Assembly (NCBI GenBank): GCA_050253415.1
Contig: JBFWJC010000001.1
Coordinates: forward strand, 744,679-808,678
DNA length: 64,000 nucleotides
Direction: 5' to 3'
Source of the DNA: Pedobacter sp.
GTDB taxonomy: Bacteria > Desulfobacterota > Desulfuromonadia > Desulfuromonadales > Syntrophotaleaceae
In this document: piece after piece, positions 1-8,915 of the stretch
Numbering within the stretch: the first letter of the stretch is position 1
How the letters are laid out: every line of letters begins with the position of its first letter
Translations under genes and position numbers: made by a program
Notes under the pieces: model-generated
What the model saw: only the letters and a program-made list of their open reading frames with translations
The model's database searches: none
What the model was told of the DNA's origin: nothing

Positions 1-256
1 CCGCACGTTGCAGCGCCGCCCGGCAACGCTCGGTCTCCTGCATCATGCCCGAAGCGATAAGCTCCTTGCCAGCGGTCAGATCGGCAATGTGGGCCAGATA
101 CAGGTCGTAGCCTGCGACCACCTGGCTGTCGGCTATGGCCTGCTCGGCGCGGCGGGTGCGATCGAGGCGGTTACCGGGTCCGATGCCGACCACGAACAGT
201 TTTCCCGGGCTATGGCGATGGTGACACTCTTGATGATGGTTTTCGGTAGTATTAAT
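1..256 (-). CDS. cbiH: Cobalt-factor III/precorrin-3B C17-methyltransferase, 5' part (runs off the window); start uncertain, candidate ATT at 256
   Basis: Manual translation gives GKLFVVGIGPGNRLDRTRRAEQAIADSQVVAGYDLYL...SGMMQETERCRAAL, a typical CbiH/CobJ N-terminus. No in-frame ATG/TTG lies upstream. AAGGAGG (262-268) is 5 nt before an in-frame ATT. Confidence 0.85.
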   Translation of the reverse strand, partial: MNTTENHHQECHHRHSPGKLFVVGIGPGNRLDRTRRAEQAIADSQVVAGYDLYLAHIADLTAGKELIASGMMQETERCRAALQRA

Positions 257-963
257 TGGGTCCTCCTTCCTGCCAGCAGGGCGGCCGGTTCGGCCACCGC
301 CGGCAAGGCGACTTTATCTTCAACAAAAGTGGAATGAGCAAACAAACGGCCGCTGGCGCGGATTTCGGCACCGGAGATCAGCCGCAAAGGAATATCGAGT
401 CGTTCGGCAGCCTCCAGCAGTCCCGCTTCGTCGGCCTTGAGGTCGGCCGACGCCAGCAGACGTACCTCTTGGGGGCGGTGCCCGACCTGGGCCAGCCCTT
501 CTGTCACCGCGGCGACAATGGTCTCGGCCGGGGTGCCGCGCCGGCAACCGACACCGACGATGAGATTCTTGGCCGCTTCCGAGGTGGTGGTGATGACCGG
601 TTCCGCCTCAAGAATGTTGGCGATGCGCAGGGTCAGAGGGTTGGCGCCGCCTTCGTGACCGCACAGCAGGCTGATGGCCCAGCGTCCCAACACATCGACC
701 ACCACCACTGCCGGATCCTTGAGTTTGTGTTCGACCAGTGGGGCAATGGCCCGAACTACCACGCCGCTTGGCATGATATAGACCAATCCGCGGCAGCGTC
801 CGAACAGATCGCGGGTGAGATCGGCGACTTTGCTAAACCGGTGGATCTCCGTTGCCCCTTCGACCGAGTCATGCACATAGATCTCGACGTCGCAAAAATG
901 CGGAGCCAGACTGCGGGCAACGTTCAACCCTTCGGCGGACAGAGAGATCAGCGCGATGCTCAT
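133..963 (-). CDS. cbiG: Cobalt-precorrin-5A hydrolase CbiG
   Basis: Motifs GVVVRAIAP, KLKDPAVVVVD, ISLLCGHEGGAN, VITTTSE, VGVGCRRG, VAEPAAL; ATGA overlap with the cbiF stop. Confidence 0.95.
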   Translation of the reverse strand: MSIALISLSAEGLNVARSLAPHFCDVEIYVHDSVEGATEIHRFSKVADLTRDLFGRCRGLVYIMPSGVVVRAIAPLVEHKLKDPAVVVVDVLGRWAISLLCGHEGGANPLTLRIANILEAEPVITTTSEAAKNLIVGVGCRRGTPAETIVAAVTEGLAQVGHRPQEVRLLASADLKADEAGLLEAAERLDIPLRLISGAEIRASGRLFAHSTFVEDKVALPAVAEPAALLAGRRTQLILPKTIIKSVTIAIARENCSWSASDPVTASIAPAAPSRP

Positions 964-1718
964 GACGAACGGCCCTGGCGGTATTCGTGGGTAAACGCAG
1001 CGTCGTACAGTTTGGAGACCGGAATATCCCGCGACAACGCCCAGCCCACCACAATCATGGCCGTCTTGGTAATCCCGGCGGTGTCCGCCTGGGCGCCGAT
1101 ATCCGCCAGCGTGCCGCGCAGCACCAGTTGATCGGGCCAGGAGGCGTGATAGACCACCGCTACCGGGCACTGGCCGCCATAGGGTTCGGCCAGGGTTTTC
1201 GCGACCTCGCCGATTTTGTGAGCCGACAAAAAGATGCACAGGGTGGCGTTGCTTTTGGCCAGTTTCAACAGGTCCTGGTCTTCCGGCATCGGGGTACGCC
1301 CTGCGGTGCGGGTCAAAATGATGGTCTGGGAAATCTCCGGCGCGGTGAGTTCGGTACACAGCGCAGCCGCTGCAGCCTGAAACGAACTTACCCCCGGCAC
1401 CACTTCGTAGCCGATGCCGAACCTGTCGAGTTCGTTCATCTGCTCGCGGATCGCGCCGTAAATGGATGGATCGCCGGAGTGCAGTCGGACCACGTCCAGG
1501 TCACGCTGCTGGGCGGCCTGAAACATCACGGTGATTTCGTCCAGACTCATAAGCGCCGAGTCGTAGCGCTCGGCATCGGCGGGCAGGTGATCGAGTACCG
1601 CGGGGTTGATCAGCGAGCCGGCATAGATGCAGATCGGGCAGTTGCTCAGCAGGCGTTTTGCCTTGAGGGTGAGGAGTTCTGGGTCGCCGGGGCCGGCGCC
1701 GATAAAATAGACTTTCAT
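960..1718 (-). CDS. cbiF: Cobalt-precorrin-4 C11-methyltransferase
   Basis: MKVYFIGAGPGDPELLT, YAGSL, RLHSGDPSIYGAIREQM, SKLYDAAFTHEYR; GGAG RBS. Confidence 0.96.
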   Translation of the reverse strand: MKVYFIGAGPGDPELLTLKAKRLLSNCPICIYAGSLINPAVLDHLPADAERYDSALMSLDEITVMFQAAQQRDLDVVRLHSGDPSIYGAIREQMNELDRFGIGYEVVPGVSSFQAAAAALCTELTAPEISQTIILTRTAGRTPMPEDQDLLKLAKSNATLCIFLSAHKIGEVAKTLAEPYGGQCPVAVVYHASWPDQLVLRGTLADIGAQADTAGITKTAMIVVGWALSRDIPVSKLYDAAFTHEYRQGRSS

Positions 1719-1807
1719 ATAGTTTATCTCCTTGCAGGGATGTGTGATCGAATACCGAGTACCGATAGCTGTAGGCTTTATGCTGTAAGCTGAGTTCAAA
1801 ATCTGCT

Positions 1808-2342
1808 ACTTCAAGTTCGCCGGTCCCGGCCGGCAGCCGGGATACTTTCTTTGCAAGGCCCCAAAGAAAGTATCCAAAGAAATGGCCTTGGCGTGCGCCT
1901 ACCCCACTGGTGCGAAGAGGAGATGGCTTTGCGAACCGGCCATGCGATCCCGGAACAACACGTCTGCGGGCGCTCCACTTGCCACCAGGGGCGGTCCGCC
2001 ACCGGTGAAGGAGGATCTATTCAACACCGGCGCTGCGGGTAAAGGCACACCGACAACCCGGCATTAAAGATTTGGGAGCAGGTTTTGTCTATGCTTTTCA
2101 CCCAATAGCACCTTGACGCCAGCCTCGCAAGGGGAGCAACGTCCATCTCTGGCAAGTAATTCGCGCAAGAGAAACAGTTCCAAGAAACCAGCGGGATGAC
2201 CAATCGGTGCCACCGTTGTGAAATCCGCTGTCCTTCGCGACAACATCGCCCCCCGCAGGGGAAAGCCATTTTTTGCTTACTTTTTGTTGGCGTGAAAAAA
2301 AGTAAGGCGCCGGGCGGGGGCGCCACCCCGCGGTCTTGAAGT
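1808..2342. repeat. Type-1 intergenic element (535 bp), full copy, A-end on the left
   Basis: Bounded by ACTTCAAG...CTTGAAGT inverted ends, with subterminal TACTTT...AAAGTA hairpins; aligns end to end with copies at 4935, 8007 and 17814. Confidence 0.93.
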
Positions 2343-2377
2343 CCGGGCGAGTACCGTGTGCTGCGAAAACAAATACT

Positions 2378-3022
2378 TCACCCTTCCAACACTTCCGGTC
2401 GCACCAACAGCACCACCGTGCGGGGACTGGCCTCTAACCCGGCCAAATCGTCAGCCATGACTTCCGTTACCCTTTCTTCGGGCAGGGTAAGCTCCTCGCA
2501 CACCAGAATGCGGCGCGGTGCCAGTTGCGCGGCCAATGCGCCGATCCAGCGCAGGGCGGTGGACGATCCCGCCAACACGGCGATCTTGTCCGCCGGTGCG
2601 AAATCCTGAATATCGTTGTCCGGCAGGGCACCGTGGGCACTGAGGATGCGCGCATCCATCCAGTCGAGTCCGGCGGCGGCGAAGGCGGCCTGTACGGAAC
2701 TGACCGCGGGGATGATACGGCACAGGGCGCGGCCGAAATGGCGCACCACCGGGCGGGCCAGGCTGTGCAGCCCGGGGTCGCCGGTGACCAGCACCACCAT
2801 GGGCGTCTTTCCGATACGGCTGTCCATCTCGTTCAGGGCGGCCGCGATATCGGCTCCGACGGCAATCCGTTCGGCTTTCGCATCCGGGAAAAGCTCCAGC
2901 AAACGGCTCGCCCCGATCAAAAGCTCCGCCTGGTCCACGGCATGCCGGGCTGCATCGGTAAGATAGGCGAGGCCGCCGGGGCCGCAGCCGACGATAGTGA
3001 TGGGCCTGTCTGTTACTGCCAT
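2378..3022 (-). CDS. cbiE: Cobalt-precorrin-7 C5-methyltransferase CbiE (no CbiT domain)
   Basis: ITIVGCGPGG, LIGASRLL, VLVTGDPGLHS, IIPAVSSVQAAFA, VCEELTLPEERV. Confidence 0.93.
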   Translation of the reverse strand: MAVTDRPITIVGCGPGGLAYLTDAARHAVDQAELLIGASRLLELFPDAKAERIAVGADIAAALNEMDSRIGKTPMVVLVTGDPGLHSLARPVVRHFGRALCRIIPAVSSVQAAFAAAGLDWMDARILSAHGALPDNDIQDFAPADKIAVLAGSSTALRWIGALAAQLAPRRILVCEELTLPEERVTEVMADDLAGLEASPRTVVLLVRPEVLEG

Positions 3023-4065
3023 GGGGTCAGATCTCCACTGAAGCCAAGCTGGTCGCCGGCCAGGTTGATGAGTACCGTGGTTACCGGTGCATGATAATTG
3101 AGTCGGTGGCTGATCGCGATCTGTATGGCACGCGCCAGGGCATCGCCGAGGCATCTGCGGTGTTCGGGGGAAAGTTCGGCAAACACCCCTTCCACCGTGG
3201 TTGCTTCGGCTACCGGATGTTCTAGTACTCGGCTGGCAAGTTTCCTTACAGAGAGGACCGGACTGATCGAGCGGCTTGAATGGGTATCCCAGTGACCCAT
3301 GGGCAACTTGGCCAATTTCCCCGGATGCCCCAGTACCAGCAACCCGTCGATGGGCCTGTGGGTCACCAGGTCGATCATGGTGCCCCATTCGTTTCCCGCT
3401 TCCACGACCTGCTCGGCGGTCAACTGAAAATGTCGGCGTGCGGCCCGTTCGCCGATATGTCCCGGCACCAGCACCGGATGGCGCACGCCGGCGGCCATGG
3501 CAACATTGTAGGCGCACTCCATGGTCTTGCGGACCGCCTCAAGGCTGAACGGACGCACCCTGCCGGTGGTGCCGAGCACCGAGATTCCGCCGACGATGCC
3601 GAGGCGGGGATTGAAGGTGCGTGCCGCCAACTCTTCGCCGGTTGGAATGGCGACAGTAATGCGCAGACCGCGTTCGGTCACTTCGCGCACGGCCGCTTCG
3701 ATCATGCGGCGAGGACCTGGATTGATGGCCGCTTCGCCGGGGGGCAGGGCCAAGCCCGGTTTGGTGACGATGCCGACTCCTTTGCCGGCGCAGAACCGTA
3801 GCTCCCCATCCATCCATGAAAGGCGTGAGATGACAAGGGCGCCGTCGGTGACATCGGGATCGTCCCCGGCATTTTTGCAGACGGCCGCCTCGGCGCCGTC
3901 AGGCAGGGCGCGGACATACGCCAGCGGTAACGATTCCCGTGATCCGTCCGGTAAGGGAATGGAGACCGCCTCACCGACTGGAAATCCGCACAGCAGGCAG
4001 GCTGCAGCTTTGGCCGCCGCCGCCGCGCAGGCGCCGGTGGTAAATCCTCCCTGCAAACCGCCCAT
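3013..4065 (-). CDS. cbiD: Cobalt-precorrin-5B C1-methyltransferase
   Basis: GFTTGACAAAAAKAA, KNAGDDPDVTDG, GVGIVTKPGL, AINPGPRRMI, TFNPRLGIVGGISVLGTTG. Confidence 0.97.
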   Translation of the reverse strand: MGGLQGGFTTGACAAAAAKAAACLLCGFPVGEAVSIPLPDGSRESLPLAYVRALPDGAEAAVCKNAGDDPDVTDGALVISRLSWMDGELRFCAGKGVGIVTKPGLALPPGEAAINPGPRRMIEAAVREVTERGLRITVAIPTGEELAARTFNPRLGIVGGISVLGTTGRVRPFSLEAVRKTMECAYNVAMAAGVRHPVLVPGHIGERAARRHFQLTAEQVVEAGNEWGTMIDLVTHRPIDGLLVLGHPGKLAKLPMGHWDTHSSRSISPVLSVRKLASRVLEHPVAEATTVEGVFAELSPEHRRCLGDALARAIQIAISHRLNYHAPVTTVLINLAGDQLGFSGDLTPWQ

Positions 4066-4067
4066 GG

Positions 4068-4838
4068 TCAGGCAACCTCCTCGGAAGCGGGATTCTGTTC
4101 CCAGGAGCGGCTCCCAACACGGACGATAACTGTCGACATGTAGCCATGACTGTCGTCGGTAAGAGCCTCGCGGAAATTGCGGAAGATGGCCTCGCGGCCG
4201 TTTTGTTCCACATAGCAGGCCAGTCGGGCCTGATCGAGTAACCGGTGTTCTTCCAGGAGTACAGCCAGTTGCCGCAAGCGTGGTCCGACTTTGTAAAGGA
4301 CCAGTGTTTCGCAATGTTTAAGGGCATGAGCAATGGCCACCATATCGGTGGCGGGCATCATGGTCAGGCGGTCTTCCTGCAGGGTCAGCGGTTCGACCAG
4401 CAGGGCCGCGGTTGCCTGGAAGGCACTGATGCCGGGTACGACATGGATGTGTCCGGACGGCAGCAGGTCGGTCAGACTTTCGATCAGGTAGGAACTGGTG
4501 CTGTAGATCATCGGGTCACCGATGGTGACCTGCACCACGGACAAGCCGGCGCTGACTCGCGTCGCCACTTCTGCCGCCACTTCCGCCCAGCAGGCCCGCG
4601 TCTGGGCCGAGTCGCGTTTCATCGGGTAAACGTGTTCGATAACTTCCTGCTCGCCGATCAGATCGCGGATGGTGACCAGGGCCAGGCTTTCGCCGGCCAG
4701 TTCCGAGCGCGGCACGATCACCGTGTCGGCGGATTGGATAAGATTCGCGGCTCGCAGGGTGATCAGGTCGGGGGATCCGGGGCCGACTCCGACGGCGTAG
4801 AAGTGGCCGGGTTGACAGTTTTTTAGTTTTATATTCAT
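4068..4838 (-). CDS. cbiL: Cobalt-factor II C20-methyltransferase
   Basis: FYAVGVGPGSPDLITLRA, YPM, TIGDPMIYSTSSY, VPGISAFQA; AAGGAG RBS. Confidence 0.95.
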   Translation of the reverse strand: MNIKLKNCQPGHFYAVGVGPGSPDLITLRAANLIQSADTVIVPRSELAGESLALVTIRDLIGEQEVIEHVYPMKRDSAQTRACWAEVAAEVATRVSAGLSVVQVTIGDPMIYSTSSYLIESLTDLLPSGHIHVVPGISAFQATAALLVEPLTLQEDRLTMMPATDMVAIAHALKHCETLVLYKVGPRLRQLAVLLEEHRLLDQARLACYVEQNGREAIFRNFREALTDDSHGYMSTVIVRVGSRSWEQNPASEEVA

Positions 4839-4934
4839 GGACTTACTCCTTGGAAAGGTGTTCGGCGAGCGGTGATATGTCATCCGAAACCTGAAATTCT
4901 TGCATTAATCTTTGAACTTCACTTCAAACTATCA

Positions 4935-5469
4935 ACTACAAGACCGCGGGGTTGCGCCCCCGCCCGGCGCCTTACTTTTTGTCCAAGCCAACAAAAAGTA
5001 AGCAAAAAATGGCTTTCCCCTGCGGGGGGCAATGTGGTCGCGAAAAGTGGCGGATCCCAAAACGATGGCGTCAACCCATCGTGCCACTGGTTTCTTGGTA
5101 CTGTTTCTTTTACGCAGGTTACTGAATCAAGAGGACAGTTGCTCCTCTTGCGAAACGGGCAGCAAGGTGTTGTTGAGTGAAAAGCTTAAGCAAAACCTGA
5201 ACCCAAATCTTTGCAGAGCCGGATCTCGGTGTGCCTTTACCCGCAGCGACGGTGTTGAAAAGATCCTCCTTCACCGGTGGTAAATCACCTCTGGTGGCAA
5301 GTGGAGCGCCCGCAGACGCGCCATTCCTGGATCGCAGCGAGTGTGCGTTGAGCCTGATTCCTCCGCGCCAGTGGTGTCGGCGCAGCCAAGGCCATTTCTT
5401 TGGATACTTTCTTTGGGGCCTTGCAAAGAAAGTATCCCGGCTGCCGGCCGGGACCGGCGAACTTGAAGT
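4935..5469. repeat. Type-1 intergenic element (535 bp), full copy in opposite orientation to 1808-2342
   Basis: ACTACAAGACCGCGGGG...GGACCGGCGAACTTGAAGT; same length and ends as the first copy. Confidence 0.93.
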
Positions 5470-5502
5470 TAAGGTTTCAAGACTTCCGACAACCAAACAC
5501 CA

Positions 5503-5530
5503 ACTTCAACACCGCGGGGTCGCGTCTCCC
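5503..5530. repeat. Truncated B-end stub of a second element after a 33-nt linker
   Basis: ACTTCAACACCGCGGGGTCGCG; the linker at 5470-5502 recurs almost identically at 18350-18382. Confidence 0.8.
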
Positions 5531-5536
5531 TAGCCT

Positions 5537-6733
5537 CTACCAGACCACGATCATCACCCAAGTACAGAACAGCACGAAACAAACCCTTAACACCTGCGCA
5601 CTGACAGCCATCACCAGGCCGGGTCGTGCGCCGAGGGTGGCCAGGTAGGTGGGCAGGGCGTGGCGCAGGGTACGAATCGGGGCGGTGATGACCGAACCGA
5701 GCAGGATCACGGTGACGGCCTGTTTGATGGACAGGCTGCCGGCATCGACGAAGTTGGCTGCCGCGATGGCGCCGTTATACATATTGACCGCCTGGGCCGG
5801 GATAATGGCTACCGCCTGCGGTGGCAAGAAAGCGGGTTTGAACACACTGGGCAGCCACACCGCCAGGTATTCGAAAACCTTGCATTGTTCCAGCAGCGCC
5901 ATGGCCGCGAAGGTCGGTACCACGTACAGCAGCAGGCGCCGGATGGTGCGCCGGGATCGCTTCCATACCCGTTTCCAGAAATCCACACTGGCAAAAGCCG
6001 GTCGTTGCAGTGTTTTGCCGTTATCGGCAACGGCCTGGCCAGGGACATTGAAACCGGCCCGGTCTTCATTCCACCGCTGGCTGAGCCAGCTGGAAACCAT
6101 CAGCACCAGCACGATTTCCAGGCCGATGGCGGCCAGTCTTACCCCGAACAGGGCACCGGTAGCCATCCAGCCGAAAGCGAAACCCAGTGGCACGATAAAG
6201 GTCGGCAGATGGGCAAACAGCGAGATGCAGGACACCACCAGTACGGAGGTATAGAGATGGCGGTTGTTAATAACCCCCTCGTCGCGGTACGAGACCAGCA
6301 TGCTGTTGGCTACCGCACCCGATTGAAAGGCCATGATAAAGGCCGGAGCTGCCGCGCGGGGCAGGCGTCCCAGTCGGATCAGCGGCCAGGCCAGCACCGA
6401 TAAAGCACTTATCCAGCCAGCCACCTCCAGAATCTGACCGATGAGGATACCTGCGGCAATGATAAAGCCCAGTTCCACCAGCAATACCGCTTTTTGCGGC
6501 CAGAAAGGGAGTTTGCGTTTCCAGCTGCTGTAGGCGGAAGGCCGGGATCTTTCTTGGCGGCGTGCCTGCTCCAGAGCGCGGCCCCGTTCCCCTTCGGCCC
6601 GGATTTTGCCAGGTTTTGACGTAGCGACTTCGGTGGTGGCTGAATGTTCCATGGCTGCAACAGGACAGACGTGTCCCATTGATCCCAACCCGAGAGTCAG
6701 CAAGACCAGCAGCAATAGCAGGGTGCGTCGCAT
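5537..6733 (-). CDS. Nucleoside-recognition (Gate) domain membrane protein, possible metal or corrinoid transporter
   Basis: N-terminal hydrophobic leader and many TM segments; PLIRLGRLP..AAPAFIMAF and a conserved-looking RTLRHALPTY motif; 4 nt downstream of cbiK. Confidence 0.7.
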   Translation of the reverse strand: MRRTLLLLLVLLTLGLGSMGHVCPVAAMEHSATTEVATSKPGKIRAEGERGRALEQARRQERSRPSAYSSWKRKLPFWPQKAVLLVELGFIIAAGILIGQILEVAGWISALSVLAWPLIRLGRLPRAAAPAFIMAFQSGAVANSMLVSYRDEGVINNRHLYTSVLVVSCISLFAHLPTFIVPLGFAFGWMATGALFGVRLAAIGLEIVLVLMVSSWLSQRWNEDRAGFNVPGQAVADNGKTLQRPAFASVDFWKRVWKRSRRTIRRLLLYVVPTFAAMALLEQCKVFEYLAVWLPSVFKPAFLPPQAVAIIPAQAVNMYNGAIAAANFVDAGSLSIKQAVTVILLGSVITAPIRTLRHALPTYLATLGARPGLVMAVSAQVLRVCFVLFCTWVMIVVW

Positions 6734-6737
6734 ACGT

Positions 6738-7613
6738 TTATCCTTCTGCTGCCTGGAGGGCGGTCATAGCGGCATCAAGGTGACGGAAGAAGATGTCGCG
6801 GATGCCGGCGTTGTAGCCGAGCGGCCGGGAACAGGTCGCTTCAGGGGCGCCAATCAGGCTTTTCCACGAATCGGGTTCGTCACCCAGGACATCGTTCTCG
6901 ATGTGATCGCCGGCTACCAGCATCAACGGCACGAAATGCACCGCCCCCGCTTTTGCGGCATGTTCCCGCGCCCAGGGCAATTTGGCCAGGCCGGGTTTTC
7001 CTTCCACGCTGCAGATGACGGCGTTGTCGCATTGCGATTCGACGGTAGCGGCAAAGTCCAGTAACGCCTGATTGTAGCGGGAGTATTTGCTGTTGCCGTG
7101 GGTGACGAACACCGTCGGACGGTCCGAAGCGATGTCTTCGCTTACCGCGGCAGCTACGGCACGGATATCTTCAGGCGTTGCCATCAGCGGTTGCCCGTAA
7201 GATACTTTCACGCTGCCGGTCGGGACCTGGGCTATTTCCGCATCCTTTTCACCGGGCACGATCATCAGCGATTGCAGTACGGCCTGACGATAGCCCTGGG
7301 CCTGAAGTTCTGCGAGGGTTTCTGGCAGGTTACGCACCTGGACCCCGCGTGTGTGCAGCCGATCCACAACGGTCTGGGAGGTGAAAGCCAGGAAGATGTC
7401 ATGGTCTGGATAGCGTTCCTGCGCTGCCTGCTCGATGACGTCGAACACTTCCCGACCTTTGTCCGAAGTGGTACCGAAGGCGACCAGCACGATGGCCGGT
7501 GTTGTTTGGCTCATGATTGCATCCTTCCCAACAGCAGTGCCGGACTCTTTCGCCGCACAGCCGGGCAGGGCAAAAAGCAGCAGGCATGCGATGAATCTGG
7601 ATAGAAGGGTCAT
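6738..7613 (-). CDS. cbiK: Sirohydrochlorin cobaltochelatase CbiK with lipoprotein-like signal peptide
   Basis: AIVLVAFGTT, AFTS, QSLMIVPGE, HGN, PLMLVAGDHIENDV (both catalytic His); leader MTLLSRFIACLLLFALPGC. Confidence 0.92.
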   Translation of the reverse strand: MTLLSRFIACLLLFALPGCAAKESGTAVGKDAIMSQTTPAIVLVAFGTTSDKGREVFDVIEQAAQERYPDHDIFLAFTSQTVVDRLHTRGVQVRNLPETLAELQAQGYRQAVLQSLMIVPGEKDAEIAQVPTGSVKVSYGQPLMATPEDIRAVAAAVSEDIASDRPTVFVTHGNSKYSRYNQALLDFAATVESQCDNAVICSVEGKPGLAKLPWAREHAAKAGAVHFVPLMLVAGDHIENDVLGDEPDSWKSLIGAPEATCSRPLGYNAGIRDIFFRHLDAAMTALQAAEG

Positions 7614-7657
7614 TGATGTTCTCTCCTAAATGGGCTGACCAGTTTTCAAAACCTTAA

Positions 7658-7955
7658 TTTCAAGTCCACATTCCGGTTTTGGCCTTAGATGTGGTTTGGC
7701 TTATGTTTTTCACTCAACAACACCGTGCTGCCCGTTTCGCAAGAGGAACAACGGTCCTCTTGATTCAGTAATCCGCGTAAGAGAAACAGTCCCAAGAAAC
7801 CAGTGGCACGTTGGGTCGACGCCATCGTCGTGGAATCCGCCACTTTTCGCGACCCCATTGCCCCCCGCAGGGGAAAGCCATTTTTTGCTTACTTTTTGTT
7901 GGCTTGGACAAAAAGTAAGGCGCCGGGCGGGGGCGCGACCCCGCGGTCCTGAAGT
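7658..7955. repeat. Type-1 element, internally deleted copy (A-end stub plus B-half)
   Basis: 7692-7955 matches 8281-8544; ATTTCAAGT stub at the left, preceded by a linker remnant AAACCTTA. Confidence 0.88.
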
Positions 7956-8006
7956 CAGGGTTGCGTAGCGTGTTCCGAGTGCTGAGTTCAAAAGCTTACA
8001 ATCCTA

Positions 8007-8544
8007 AAGTCAAGTTCGCCGGTCCCGGCCGGCAGCCGGAATACTTTCTTTGCAAGGCCCCAAAGAAAGTACCCAAAGAAATGGCCTTGGCTGCGCCGAC
8101 ACCACTGGCGCGGAGGAATCAGGCTCAACGCACACTCGCTGCGATCCAGGAATGGCGCGTCTGCGGGCGCTCCACTTGCCACCAGAGGCGATTTGCCACC
8201 GGTGAAGGAGGATCTTTTCAACACCGTCGCTGCGGGTAAAGCAACACTGACATCCGGTTCCGCTAAAAAAAATTGGGTTGAGGTTTGGCTTATGCTTTTC
8301 ACTCAACAACACCGTGCTGCCCTTTTCGCAAGAGGAGCAACGGTCCTCTTGATTCAGTAATCCGCGTAAGAGAAACAGTCCCAAGAAACCAGTGGCACGA
8401 TGAGTCGACGCCATCGTTGTGGAATCCGCCACTTTTCGCGACCACATTGCCCCCCGCAGGGGAAAGCCATTTTTTGCTTACTTTTTGTTGGCTTGGACAA
8501 AAAGTAAGGCGCCGGGCGGGGGCGCGACCCCGCGGTCCTGAAGT
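8007..8544. repeat. Type-1 element, full copy within a 589-bp-period tandem array
   Basis: Both ends present; the linker 7956-8006 is repeated at 8545-8595. Confidence 0.93.
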
Positions 8545-8595
8545 CAGGGTTGCGTAGCGTGTTCCGAGTGCTGAGTTCAAAAGCTTACAATCCTA

Positions 8596-8828
8596 AACTC
8601 AAGTTCGCCGGTCCCGGCCGGCAGCCGGGATACTTTCTTTGCAAGGCCCCAAAGAAAGTATCCAAAGAAATGGCCTTGGCTGCGTCGACACCACTGGCGC
8701 GAAGGAATCAGGCTCAACGCACACTCACTATGATACTGAAATCGGGCGTCTGCGGACGCTCCATTTGCCACCATAGGCGGTTCGCTACCGGTGAAGGAGG
8801 ATCTTTTCAACACCGTCGCTGCTGGGTA
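8596..8828. repeat. Type-1 element, A-half only
   Basis: Matches 8007-8238, then similarity stops. Confidence 0.9.
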
Positions 8829-8915
8829 GTCAAAACCGACAGCTCGGTTTTGCATTAGCGTCGACGCGATTTCCGTTACGGAGGGCCGATGCCTCAGCCC
8901 TCCGTATCTAGCTGC

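Noticed and set aside
133..1359. Long N-terminal extensions given by the ORF track (cbiG, cbiE, cbiD, porin, alkaline phosphatase and others)
   Set aside because: They overlap neighbouring genes or lack an RBS; downstream ATGs with RBS or ATGA coupling fit family N-termini.
1..4838. Absence of cbiT and cbiJ as a pathway gap
   Set aside because: The operon runs off the left edge, so these genes may lie just outside the window.
7658..8828. CRISPR array
   Set aside because: Units are hundreds of bp, interiors are homologous rather than unique spacers, and no cas genes are present.
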